Shown one piece after another: positions 37,302-45,445 of a stretch of 64,000 nucleotides of DNA. This DNA comes from an uncultured virus (IMG/VR IMGVR_UViG_3300005193_000001) (lineage: Duplodnaviria > Heunggongvirae > Uroviricota > Caudoviricetes), in the IMG/VR virus record IMGVR_UViG_3300005193_000001, positions 124,001 through 188,000 of that record; one strand, written 5' to 3'. Every line of letters begins with the position of its first letter. The first letter of the stretch is position 1. The notes beneath the pieces were generated by a model, which did not search any database, was not told the origin of the DNA, and worked only from the letters and a program-made list of their open reading frames with translations. Made by a program: the position numbers and the translations under genes.

Positions 37302-37946
37302 TTATGATAACAGAGTTTCGAAGTGCCTCGTCGATGCCGAATACCCATCCCCGATAAGCTCCGAAAGCCAAAATTCGGTGTGATCTCCGTTGTTCTTTCC
37401 AACGTCTTCCAGGATTCGGAGCTCGTCGGTGAATTGACTCATGGTGTGTTGGCACAACCCGCATGGAGCCACGTCCCCGCTCTGGTCTTGTGGAGAAACG
37501 GCCATGGCGTGAAACTGAGTAGCGCCATTGAACACGGCGTTGAACATAGCCAACATTTCAGCATGTGTGGAGGTAGAACGCCCGGAAACCTCCACGTTAG
37601 CTCCTTTGAAGACGCCTTTGTTGGTCATGACGGCGGCTCCGACTTCGTACTCGCTGTAAGGGGCAAAAGCTCTCGACCGGGCTTCACGAGCATCCTGCAT
37701 CAACTCTTCATCGACCATTCGAAAGTTCCAGTACATTTCTTCCAGAGCATCTTGTATGGCGCTAGAAGGAGATTGACTGGAGGTGCCGAATTGAAGAGGC
37801 CCGTGATCGTCGTGAGGAGTCCAAGACTTCAACCTTCCGTCTATAGACTTTCTGGTATAGGTGTCAGCGACGGCACCTTCTGGAGGGTCTTGAAACTCGA
37901 AAGTCTCTTTCTTAACCGTGTACTCAGTCTTGTCAGTTCTTTGCAT
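37302..37946 (-). CDS. cdd: cytidine deaminase with N-terminal extension
   Basis: AFAPYSEYEVGAAV...GANVE...HAE...PCGLC. Confidence 0.9.
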   Translation of the reverse strand: MQRTDKTEYTVKKETFEFQDPPEGAVADTYTRKSIDGRLKSWTPHDDHGPLQFGTSSQSPSSAIQDALEEMYWNFRMVDEELMQDAREARSRAFAPYSEYEVGAAVMTNKGVFKGANVEVSGRSTSTHAEMLAMFNAVFNGATQFHAMAVSPQDQSGDVAPCGLCQHTMSQFTDELRILEDVGKNNGDHTEFWLSELIGDGYSASTRHFETLLS

Positions 37947-38400
37947 GCTTGGGTCTCCAAATGTGTACGTTATTAGGAAGATGCTCTTCTAAAATAGGTT
38001 TTACGTCTTCAATGTCGCGCCCCCCATTCCCTATCGCAGGAAAGTTAAGATCGAAACGTTTCCAATCGTGCTTGTGGGCTACATCGCCAAGAATCTTCGT
38101 GGATTTCTCCACCAAATCGAGAGGAGAATTGTCTTTAAAGTGCTTTTTGACCTGAAAGGCTACGAGTCTGGAATTGTCAGGATCAAGTGGAAGAACTCCA
38201 TAAAACCCAAGATCTCCGCATTTCTCCTCGATTCTGCTTCCGAACTTCTGATCAACGTCTAAAACCTCGTCTGCGACCTTGGCTATCCCACGACCCATCA
38301 CCAAAGAGCCATCATTTCTGATGAAGCTGTTGGTGGTTATGCAAAACGCGTCGGAGTGTTTGTAGCCGTTCCACATGTTACCGAACTCGTACTCGGGCAT
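37933..38400 (-). CDS. macro domain-like (ADP-ribose-binding) protein
   Basis: ITTN...LVMGRGIA...FQVK.HF...PAIGNGG. Confidence 0.75.
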   Translation of the reverse strand: MPEYEFGNMWNGYKHSDAFCITTNSFIRNDGSLVMGRGIAKVADEVLDVDQKFGSRIEEKCGDLGFYGVLPLDPDNSRLVAFQVKKHFKDNSPLDLVEKSTKILGDVAHKHDWKRFDLNFPAIGNGGRDIEDVKPILEEHLPNNVHIWRPKHAKN

Positions 38401-38403
38401 GAC

Positions 38404-38922
38404 TTATTTAGGCAATTTGGATACTGCGTAAAAGAACACGTCGTGACTAGGGTTTCTGCAAGCTACGACTTCCAAAACGGCAAACGTGCTACTTCGAAAC
38501 CTGTTGAAGTCGATATCGGAGGGGTAGCACATTCCAGTAGGGTGATTGTGAACGACGCCCAAGTACTCTAAAGGACTTAAAGAGCAGTTGGCGTTGTCAA
38601 AAGATCCAAAGCTACCTCCGGACATTTTAACGTCCGGAACCATCAGGCTCTCGACGAAGAGGGTATCACCCTCGTTACGACCATGGAGACAAAAAGGAAA
38701 CTCTGAATTCTGGCTCTTGTAAGCATGTCGCAGAGTTTCCTTCAACCCTTTGCGAAATAAGACTTCTCTATCTCCAGCGGTAAGAACAGAAGTAAAATTA
38801 GAGTCCGGAAGATACGGCGAAGAAGTGCTTTCTTCTCCTTCGTCCATCACGAAGCTATCCATGAAAAAAAGAAGCCCGATGAACGCCAAACAGAAGAGCC
38901 AAAAGGCACGAACGTCCATCAA
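38404..38922 (-). CDS. membrane-anchored JAB/MPN-like metalloprotein
   Basis: N-terminal transmembrane segment; E...GVVHNHPTGMCYPSDID JAMM motif. Confidence 0.7.
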   Translation of the reverse strand: MMDVRAFWLFCLAFIGLLFFMDSFVMDEGEESTSSPYLPDSNFTSVLTAGDREVLFRKGLKETLRHAYKSQNSEFPFCLHGRNEGDTLFVESLMVPDVKMSGGSFGSFDNANCSLSPLEYLGVVHNHPTGMCYPSDIDFNRFRSSTFAVLEVVACRNPSHDVFFYAVSKLPK

Positions 38923-39275
38923 AGTCCGGAGTCTTGGGCTACTTTAATAGCGTGAGAGTCGGTCATAGTACCAACGAGCCCACGTTCTTCCGACCAACCT
39001 TTCACGGCTTCCTCGTCTCCCCAACAACCAACGGGGAAGCAATTGTTCAGGTACATGACAATATCCTCGATTCTATCCGTCATGTGCTGGTCAGCTTTCC
39101 CAACAGCAAGAGAAAGATCGTTAGTGATACAGGCCCACACGAAGCTTCCTTTGCTGGGAAGACGCCCTTGAAGGGCAAACTGCCTCAAGCTCCGAAACAC
39201 GCTGGGGTTCGCCTCTTGGATGCGTCGAGCGTAAGGCTTGCTGGGAACCGTGTTGTAAAACTCGGAAATCGTCAT
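38919..39275 (-). CDS. hypothetical phage protein
   Basis: GSFV.A...NDL..AV..AD...P.GCWG motif. Confidence 0.6.
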   Translation of the reverse strand: MTISEFYNTVPSKPYARRIQEANPSVFRSLRQFALQGRLPSKGSFVWACITNDLSLAVGKADQHMTDRIEDIVMYLNNCFPVGCWGDEEAVKGWSEERGLVGTMTDSHAIKVAQDSGL

Positions 39276-39316
39276 GATGAATAAAAGTTGGGTGGATTTG
39301 AAGTTATCGAGTCGTT

Positions 39317-39781
39317 TTACCCGTCATAAGACTCGGTGTAATCACAATCGGTATCGCCGTACCGGGAACAACCCAGGAACTTACCGTGCTTTCCGCTCCG
39401 AACGCTAAGAGGGGCACCACAATTCCCGCAACGGCCCTCGATCATGTCCTTCCAGTTGGAAAGACGCTTCTTGAGATTCTTCCGCCAAGTCTGGATGCGA
39501 TGAACACGCTTGCTGGAGCCAATGGCTTTCCACTCCGAACCGTCCTTCCACATCAGCACGACGCGAATCGCGTCTTCTCCACTTTCTCGGGACCTTCTAG
39601 TCCTGCTATCGATAGACGAGTAGACTCGAATCATCAGATCTTCACCACCCTTGGTGGAAAACGGGTAATCGTAAATCCGCTCTTTAGCGCTCTTAACGTC
39701 GGTAGAGGGGGTGAAGTCCATTTCCTCGATCAAAAACTCGTCCATTTCGCCTTCCGTGATCTCCGTGTAAGTGGCGGACAT
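39317..39781 (-). CDS. hypothetical protein with C-terminal topoisomerase-type C4 zinc finger
   Basis: CGNCGAPL..RSGKHGKFLGCSRY...CDYT. Confidence 0.75.
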   Translation of the reverse strand: MSATYTEITEGEMDEFLIEEMDFTPSTDVKSAKERIYDYPFSTKGGEDLMIRVYSSIDSRTRRSRESGEDAIRVVLMWKDGSEWKAIGSSKRVHRIQTWRKNLKKRLSNWKDMIEGRCGNCGAPLSVRSGKHGKFLGCSRYGDTDCDYTESYDG

Positions 39782-39823
39782 CTTGTTGGGTGGTGGTCTG
39801 TTTGACTCTATCGCGTTCTTTTT

Positions 39824-39848
39824 TACGTTTCAAGGCACATGGGGTTCC
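39824..39848 (-). promoter_or_regulatory. promoter motif GGAAC-N16-CGTA
   Basis: Intergenic copy. Confidence 0.6.
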
Positions 39849-39881
39849 GCTAGAAAAACGATCTTAACAGAGTCTTCACAG

Positions 39882-40238
39882 CTAAACGGCATCCTTTACA
39901 TACTCCAACTCGTGATATTTTAGGTGAGAAAGAAGATACTCGGTCCTTTCAGCGCTAAACCACTTTTCTAACTGTTCATAAAGCATCTGAAAGGGTTCGC
40001 TTCTTTCGAAGGATCTTTTGCCGTCGCTATCAACAGTTTCTACTCTATGAAATTCAAACGTCTTCGTTCTGTCAGGAATAGTTTCCGTCCAAACCGTAAG
40101 ACCAAAAAGCTCATAGGTCTTCTTGTATTCTCCGAAGTGCAGAATTATTCTATCCCTGTAATCGCTGTAGCCGACTTTAACGGCAGTCACGACTTCATAA
40201 TAATCTATTTGCTTAAGTTTTTCCACCGGAAGTCTCAT
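39882..40238 (-). CDS. hypothetical protein
   Basis: 118-aa ORF. Confidence 0.55.
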   Translation of the reverse strand: MRLPVEKLKQIDYYEVVTAVKVGYSDYRDRIILHFGEYKKTYELFGLTVWTETIPDRTKTFEFHRVETVDSDGKRSFERSEPFQMLYEQLEKWFSAERTEYLLSHLKYHELEYVKDAV

Positions 40239-40264
40239 AACTGATCTTCACTGCTGAATAATAT

Positions 40265-40496
40265 CAAAGGAGAAAAAGCCTGTAGCCCGGATTCTGTTAT
40301 TTCAACCTATCATCTGCCTTTACGCTCCCTACCCACCCATTATCGGTCTGCTCACCACCAAATAGGGCTGTTCGGGATTTCACCCTCTCCGGTTAAGAAC
40401 GAACCTCTCGGTTCTCCCGGATTAGAGCAGAGGTGTCCGGAGCTTCCTCACGAACGACAAAAGCCGAACGTGCGATAGGTCAGCTTCCTTCCTTTG
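40265..40496 (-). ncRNA. rnpB: shortened RNase P RNA
   Basis: P1 CAAAGGAAGGAAGC/GCTTTTTCTCCTTTG; P2 CCTATCG/TGATAGG; P4 5' GAGGAAGCTCCGGAC and 3' ACAGAATCCGGGCTA; internal AGGGTGAAA and GAGCAG elements in the expected order. Confidence 0.85.
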
Positions 40497-40677
40497 AAGG
40501 GTCTTCAAAATTCGAGAGATCCGTGAGGTACCACCAGAGCCGCGCCGTAGGTACAAGAATAGAGATACTGACCAAAAAACCGGACGTAGAGCCTTCTCTG
40601 AAACTGATAGCCGTGTTGACAAAAAGACCAACCACCAACGCGAGATAATAAACTGAAAGTTCTACGCGACTAACCAT
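40480..40677 (-). CDS. small membrane protein
   Basis: Two hydrophobic helices; 3' end overlaps the rnpB P1 5' strand. Confidence 0.5.
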   Translation of the reverse strand: MVSRVELSVYYLALVVGLFVNTAISFREGSTSGFLVSISILVPTARLWWYLTDLSNFEDPSKEGS

Positions 40678-40862
40678 TACGTGGGTTCCGTTTGTGATTT
40701 GAGATCGCTTATGAATTGCTCGATTTCTTCCGAGATTTCCTCCTCACTCGCTTCGTGAAGAAAACCAACGTCCAACATCGCCTGGATCTTCACCTTCTTG
40801 TTAAGTGTGTTAGGGTCGAAAGTCTGGTAAAGGTCGGACTCAACGTCTTCAAAAAGTTGCAT
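40677..40862 (-). CDS. hypothetical protein
   Basis: 61-aa acidic ORF. Confidence 0.5.
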   Translation of the reverse strand: MQLFEDVESDLYQTFDPNTLNKKVKIQAMLDVGFLHEASEEEISEEIEQFISDLKSQTEPT

Positions 40863-40867
40863 ATTAA

Positions 40868-41308
40868 TTACTTTCTTCCAGTGGAACCGAAACCGGAATC
40901 ACCACGCTTCGTGTCCGGAAGTTCTTCTACCTGCTCAATTCCTCCGTCGTAGTAAGGAGAGAACATAATCTGTCCTACCCTTTCTCCGACTTCGTAAATA
41001 TCTCCAGTGGGATCTACCTTGTAAAACCGAAATTGAATGGTCCCCGTGTAATCGGGATCAACGATTCCCGCTGCATTGGCCTGAATGAGCCCTGTTTCCG
41101 AAACGCTGGATCGAGCTCTGGCATCGCCAAAGAACCCGTCAGGGATGTTGAAGGCAACTCCAGTCTCGTACCAGATTTGATGCTCAGTTTCCTTTTGAAT
41201 CTCGGCTGCATAAAGGTCAAAAGCAGCGGCGGTGCTGTATCCCCTCTCTGGAGGTCGTGCGTTCGAATGCGTTAGCTTGTACTGTAGAAGATCATCGTCT
41301 CTGTGCAT
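40868..41308 (-). CDS. dut: dUTPase (trimeric)
   Basis: AAFDL, RSS, GIVDPDYTG, RVGQ, RGDSGFGSTG. Confidence 0.95.
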   Translation of the reverse strand: MHRDDDLLQYKLTHSNARPPERGYSTAAAFDLYAAEIQKETEHQIWYETGVAFNIPDGFFGDARARSSVSETGLIQANAAGIVDPDYTGTIQFRFYKVDPTGDIYEVGERVGQIMFSPYYDGGIEQVEELPDTKRGDSGFGSTGRK

Positions 41309-41345
41309 GTAATCTATTGAAAAGCATTAAGAATTCAGGGTCTTC

Positions 41346-41669
41346 TCACGAAATTCGTTCGACAGAATAGACCGAGTTCATGGTCTCGATCACTACCTCT
41401 TTCTCGCCACGTTCTTCGACGTTCTGAACGGGTGAAGTCTCCATAACGCCTTGAATAGGCTCGCCGTTCCTCTCATGCCCGTCAATGATCATGGGCATGT
41501 CTTCCACGATGCTGTGTACGAGGCGACCTTGAACTGCGTAATCGACTGGTAGAGATTTTTGGGGATTCCCGGAGCCGTGATCGTGTTCTTCCCAAGATGG
41601 AGTCTCGTGTTCCGGGTTTTTCGAGGTATCGACTTTGACGGCGGAGACCTTAGTTCCCTTGTCAAACAT
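41346..41669 (-). CDS. hypothetical protein
   Basis: 107 aa; TSPV...ETMNSVY. Confidence 0.6.
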   Translation of the reverse strand: MFDKGTKVSAVKVDTSKNPEHETPSWEEHDHGSGNPQKSLPVDYAVQGRLVHSIVEDMPMIIDGHERNGEPIQGVMETSPVQNVEERGEKEVVIETMNSVYSVERIS

Positions 41670-41687
41670 GAAGAAATTAAAGACTTG

Positions 41688-41915
41688 TTAGCAAGAACCG
41701 AACTTGTAAGAAATGAAGCTCTTGGGCGGATCGTCGTCTCGGACAATGAAACCGAGATCATCGAGCCTTTCCTTGTCTTCATCGCTCACTTCATCGGGAT
41801 GAACGCCACACACAAAAAGCACGTCATGTTCACAGTGAAAAGGGGCGTACTGGTCGTCGTTGTATTTCTGGAAAATTTGGCAAGCCTTCGCCATGTCTCC
41901 GAACCCGTCAGACAT
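41688..41915 (-). CDS. hypothetical phage protein
   Basis: IFQKY...PFHCEHDVLFV...VSDED..RL.DLGF. Confidence 0.6.
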   Translation of the reverse strand: MSDGFGDMAKACQIFQKYNDDQYAPFHCEHDVLFVCGVHPDEVSDEDKERLDDLGFIVRDDDPPKSFISYKFGSC

Positions 41916-41950
41916 ATCGGACCAAAAGCGGTCAATAATAAAGAATCGAG

Positions 41951-42024
41951 TGGAGGTGAAGGGATTTGAACCCCCGACTTCCGCCGTGCAAAAGCGGTGC
42001 TCTACCAAACTGAGCTACACCCCC
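41951..42024 (-). tRNA. tRNA-Ala (TGC)
   Basis: Cloverleaf; G3:U70; loop TTTGCAC. Confidence 0.95.
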
Positions 42025-42174
42025 TGGCGAGTATTTGTATAGCGCTCTCAAGCGCTCAGGCGGAGAGGCTATCTCCACCGCTCTGTCCTTTTTTATTTTC
42101 GGGTCCGTACAGCCGCGACCCGGCTACTAATCGATAGCTACCTTCCGGCTGGTAAACCACGACTTTCACGTCAG

Positions 42175-42261
42175 TACCGATGGAGGGACTCGAACCCACA
42201 CGGCATATTTCAGCCACTGCGCCCTCAACGCAGCGCGTCTACCAGATTCCGCCACATCGGC
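42175..42261 (-). tRNA. tRNA-Leu (GAG)
   Basis: Class II cloverleaf; CTGCG-TTGAGGG-CGCAG. Confidence 0.93.
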
Positions 42262-42422
42262 TTATGTGTCTTCGTCACCGGACGACTTGAAATCTTCCTC
42301 AAGCTCTTCTCCGTCCCCACGAACGATAACGTGATTTTCCGACTTTCTGACCACCTGAGGAGGATGATCCATTCGGTTGTCGTCCAATTTGTCCAAAACG
42401 TCGAGTATCTTCTTCATAAATG

Positions 42423-42497
42423 TCCCCCCGACTGGACTCGAACCAACAACTCACCAGCCTTCGCAGGGCTGGGCTCTTCCAGTTGAGCTACGGGGGA
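42423..42497 (-). tRNA. tRNA-Arg (GCG)
   Basis: Cloverleaf; CAGCC-CTGCGAA-GGCTG. Confidence 0.9.
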
Positions 42498-42500
42498 ATG

Positions 42501-42525
42501 AACAAAGGAACGAAAAGCCTGTTCC
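42501..42525 (-). promoter_or_regulatory. promoter motif GGAAC-N16-TGTT
   Basis: Immediately upstream of tRNA-Arg(GCG); preceded by AAGCTTCAT. Confidence 0.6.
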
Positions 42526-42544
42526 ATGAAGCTTCGGTAAAAAG

Positions 42545-42617
42545 TGGAGCAGAAGGGAATCGAACCCCCAACATCGACGCTGCCAGCGTCACGTTCTACC
42601 GATTGAACTACTACCCC
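42545..42617 (-). tRNA. tRNA-Ala (GGC)
   Basis: Cloverleaf; G3:U70; loop CTGGCAG. Confidence 0.92.
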
Positions 42618-42623
42618 AAACAG

Positions 42624-42696
42624 AGCGGCAGGAGGCAGTCGAAGCCTCAACATCGACCTTGGAAGGGTCGCGCTCTGCCACTTGAGCTACTGCCGC
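42624..42696 (-). tRNA. tRNA-Gly (TCC)
   Basis: Cloverleaf; CGACC-CTTCCAA-GGTCG; U73. Confidence 0.92.
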
Positions 42697-42722
42697 TTGT
42701 GCAAAAAGTAGATATAAAGTCG

Positions 42723-42920
42723 TTAAGCGGCGTCCCGAACCTTCTGGTACTGAGTCTCGGGCTCGTTGCCGAGAAAACCCGTAAGAAGATAAAGGCCCAT
42801 GTCGTGTGCAACTCTCTGCACGCTCCTGGCACTACTCATGTCGGCACGCCCGGATTCTCGAACGACCTCGTATTCACTCAATATCCTTTCTTTTCTCTCT
42901 TCGGACTCGAAATCTTTCAT
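42723..42920 (-). CDS. hypothetical protein
   Basis: 65-aa ORF between tRNAs. Confidence 0.55.
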   Translation of the reverse strand: MKDFESEERKERILSEYEVVRESGRADMSSARSVQRVAHDMGLYLLTGFLGNEPETQYQKVRDAA

Positions 42921-42945
42921 GTCGATTCTGATCTATATGTTCTAG

Positions 42946-43020
42946 TAGGGGCGGTAGGACTCGAACCCACGTATCTTCCAGTTATAAGCCGGACGCCTTC
43001 ACCAACTTGGCCACGCCCCT
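42946..43020 (-). tRNA. tRNA-Ile (TAT)
   Basis: Cloverleaf; TCCGG-CTTATAA-CTGGA; A73. Confidence 0.9.
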
Positions 43021-43037
43021 GTGCGAAGTTAAATATG

Positions 43038-43295
43038 TCAAGAAAGAGGCTTCCAGTCTTCGCTCTCTCGATCCCAATGTCTAACGTCGTAAAAAGAGAG
43101 TATGTAATCTTCCGATGGAGTCCGAAGCATCAGAGTAACTCCAGCGTGATCCATCCTCCTCTTGATCTTGACGTCGAAGCTATAAGTCAGGATACGGTCG
43201 GCCTCGCTAACGTCACCAGTAGGGACTCTTTCAAGCTCCAGAGCCTTCTTGCCCCAAAGCTTAAAGCCTTTGCACCAGTGATCTTCATGATTCAT
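43038..43295 (-). CDS. hypothetical protein
   Basis: ORF coupled to the upstream gene. Confidence 0.5.
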   Translation of the reverse strand: MNHEDHWCKGFKLWGKKALELERVPTGDVSEADRILTYSFDVKIKRRMDHAGVTLMLRTPSEDYILSFYDVRHWDRESEDWKPLS

Positions 43296-43510
43296 AGCTC
43301 TTCGGGATCAATGACATTAATTTCCTCCGAATCCGAAGCGATCTCGACCTCATCTTCGTAATCTTCCTTTACCTCTTCCCAATCCTCCGGGCCAATGCCC
43401 AAGGCTTGATCAATGAGAAAGTTGACCTTAGGATCGGAAGTCATAGGGGGCCAATCGTAGAAGTACTCGTTGTTAACAAGCTCTTCGGCGTCTTCTACGG
43501 TCTCAATCAC
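43292..43510 (-). CDS. hypothetical protein
   Basis: Acidic ORF. Confidence 0.5.
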   Translation of the reverse strand: MIETVEDAEELVNNEYFYDWPPMTSDPKVNFLIDQALGIGPEDWEEVKEDYEDEVEIASDSEEINVIDPEEL

Positions 43511-43563
43511 GGCACGAAGTAGATGTTGTTAAACTTTCGCGGACTACATTAAACGGAGACTCG

Positions 43564-43863
43564 CTATTTTTGTTCCGAGTCTTTGTTAAAGTCCAGTGAA
43601 GACAGGTCCGCGCTCGCGTGAACCTCTATCCTGTGTGAACCGTCTCTGTACTTCCCGACATTCGAGTATCGAACCTGCTCCACTCGAAGGTCAACAGTAT
43701 CGCCTTCGTAGTCTTCGTTTCTCGGATTGACCGTGCTTCTTAAGTGGAAGTCAGAAATGACTTCGCCTTTGCGAGGAATACACAGCATATCGGTATAGTA
43801 ATCCTCGGCAAACCCGTCAATGTCGAATTTGATCTCGTAAACAGTAGTATATTTCTTCGGCAT
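43564..43863 (-). CDS. hypothetical protein
   Basis: 99-aa ORF. Confidence 0.55.
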   Translation of the reverse strand: MPKKYTTVYEIKFDIDGFAEDYYTDMLCIPRKGEVISDFHLRSTVNPRNEDYEGDTVDLRVEQVRYSNVGKYRDGSHRIEVHASADLSSLDFNKDSEQK

Positions 43864-43867
43864 AGAA

Positions 43868-44230
43868 CTAGTATCTGTTGAAAAGGTTCTTCTTCGGCGT
43901 CCGGTCTTCCATCGTTTGGATCAATTCCGTGACGGTCAGACCGTCTAGCCACGAGCAGTGCTTCTCCAAAAGATGCGCGTTCTTGGGATCGTCGAGATCG
44001 ACCATGCCCTCGTTGCCCATGACCTCGAAGCCGCATTGAAAACCAGCTACTTTGGTGGCCTTGTCGAAATCGTCTTCCAGATTAGAGTCGTCAATGCTTT
44101 CCTCCATCTTGTCGATGGACTCACTGAGGTTGTCAAGATCCGTTTCCGGACCACCAGCGCACCCATAGACGACAACGGCGAAAAGAAGAAGGAGCGAAAA
44201 TCCGAGACTAACTAAATCAGAACCGCGCAT
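43868..44230 (-). CDS. putative lipoprotein
   Basis: Hydrophobic leader ending VVYG-C. Confidence 0.6.
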   Translation of the reverse strand: MRGSDLVSLGFSLLLLFAVVVYGCAGGPETDLDNLSESIDKMEESIDDSNLEDDFDKATKVAGFQCGFEVMGNEGMVDLDDPKNAHLLEKHCSWLDGLTVTELIQTMEDRTPKKNLFNRY

Positions 44231-44261
44231 ATAAATTATCCGCTTTGTTGTTGAAAATTAG

Positions 44262-44422
44262 CGACGACGGCGAGACTTGAACCCGCATGCACGCCCCGCT
44301 AAGTGACGTACATTTTAGGAGGCTATCCTATTTGCGCCGAAACACCGTGGCTAACGGCTTCGGGTTAGAGGGTCCCCCCTAACCGCTGGCGGCGATTACC
44401 GATTGCTCGCCACACGCCATCG
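44262..44422 (-). ncRNA. 160-nt tRNA-like RNA with multiple inserted hairpins
   Basis: 8-bp acceptor CGATGGCG/CGTCGTCG, D-like arm TGGCGA/TCGCCG, T-arm GCGGG-TTCAAGT-CTCGC, four internal hairpins; promoter-like motif at 44441-44465. Confidence 0.7.
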
Positions 44423-44440
44423 TAAAGTAACGCCCTTCGA

Positions 44441-44465
44441 AACGGGATCAAGAAACGGACGTTTC
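44441..44465 (-). promoter_or_regulatory. promoter motif GAAAC-N16-CGTT
   Basis: 19 nt upstream of the 160-nt tRNA-like RNA; preceded by AAGCTTCAT. Confidence 0.65.
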
Positions 44466-44480
44466 ATGAAGCTTTCTTAA

Positions 44481-44656
44481 ACACCCACGGCCAACGGCGG
44501 AAACCGTTGGCCGGGTTCGGGGTCTAACCGAACAATGGAAGCTGGGTGCAGTCCTTTTACATCCTTCCAGGCGTAGGTATCGGCTGGCGCTTTCACCAGA
44601 TCCATTTGTCGCTGGTACCCCTACGCGTTGCAGCGCTCGCTCCCATTCGTGGGTGC
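44481..44656 (-). ncRNA. candidate multibranch ncRNA (about 175 nt)
   Basis: Terminal stem GCACCCACG/CGTGGGTGT; arms GCGTAGG/CCTACGC, GTTCGG/CCGAAC, CGGCCAACGG/CCGTTGGCCG. Confidence 0.6.
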
Positions 44657-44663
44657 TAACAGG

Positions 44664-44921
44664 TCACCATGTGATGTAAAGATGTCTAACCTTACCGTCA
44701 GGAGACCTCGAAACTTCAGTTTCGAACCCAAGAACCCGCATATCTTCTCGAATCTCTTCAACCTTGTCCCAACCCCTGTCAACGTGCACTCTGCAATAGT
44801 CGTAGTCGTTAAGTGCATATCGTCTCACGCAGTCGGTAACGTATTCACCCAAATCCATGTCTTCCATGGAAAGGTCATTAGCCTCCTGAGCCGATATGTT
44901 TACACTGAGGTTGTTCGACAT
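44664..44921 (-). CDS. hypothetical protein
   Basis: 85-aa ORF. Confidence 0.5.
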   Translation of the reverse strand: MSNNLSVNISAQEANDLSMEDMDLGEYVTDCVRRYALNDYDYCRVHVDRGWDKVEEIREDMRVLGFETEVSRSPDGKVRHLYITW

Positions 44922-45445
44922 ACTGTAACTGGAAGTTCAACGCTTGTGTTAAATTCTGCAGCGGCTTTTACGGCACGCTGAGCCAATTTGACGGGATTAT
45001 CTTCTTTCATAGCAGCCATAGCCCCATAAGCCTCTCTCGCTCCAGTTCCGAGGGCGAAGAAGGGTTGATCAAAACGAATGACGGAAAAGTCCTTCTGAAC
45101 TTTGAATATTTTGTTCTTGACGGCCAGAAGAAACATTCCTCCTTCTTTTCTGTTGTTTTTTATCTTCGTAAAGCCCTTGCTTTCTAAAACGTGTCGGATC
45201 TTAGGAAGGAGAACGTCTATGGCGTAGAACCTTTCGCTTTCCGAATTTATATCGGGAGGACACAAATGGTGCTCCAAGATTTGACCCATCCTGAAACTCG
45301 TCGTATACCCCAAAGCCAACTCAATGCCATCGAATTTAAGAACCTTACTATTCCGAGACTTTCTCGTGTGATGGTTGCCCACACAGGCCGAGTCTCCAGC
45401 CAAAATAGCACCGGGATCCGATTCCACTCCTACAATACAGGTCAT
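44900..45445 (-). CDS. Ntn-hydrolase peptidase (HslV/proteasome-beta-like)
   Basis: N-terminal M-T-CIVG...AGDS, SKV, ALGTG...AYGAM. Confidence 0.8.
   Translation of the reverse strand: MTCIVGVESDPGAILAGDSACVGNHHTRKSRNSKVLKFDGIELALGYTTSFRMGQILEHHLCPPDINSESERFYAIDVLLPKIRHVLESKGFTKIKNNRKEGGMFLLAVKNKIFKVQKDFSVIRFDQPFFALGTGAREAYGAMAAMKEDNPVKLAQRAVKAAAEFNTSVELPVTVCRTTSV

Noticed and set aside
42100..42170. SRP (4.5S) RNA, from TTTACCAGCCGGAAGGTAGC
   Set aside because: The GGAA-capped hairpin lacks the CAGG/AGCA symmetric loop and the long rod. A similar partial match in 36200-36347 was rejected for the same reason.
44262..44422. tRNA-Sec
   Set aside because: The 8/5 stack and long D-stem are Sec-like, but there is no UCA anticodon arm and the interior is far too long.
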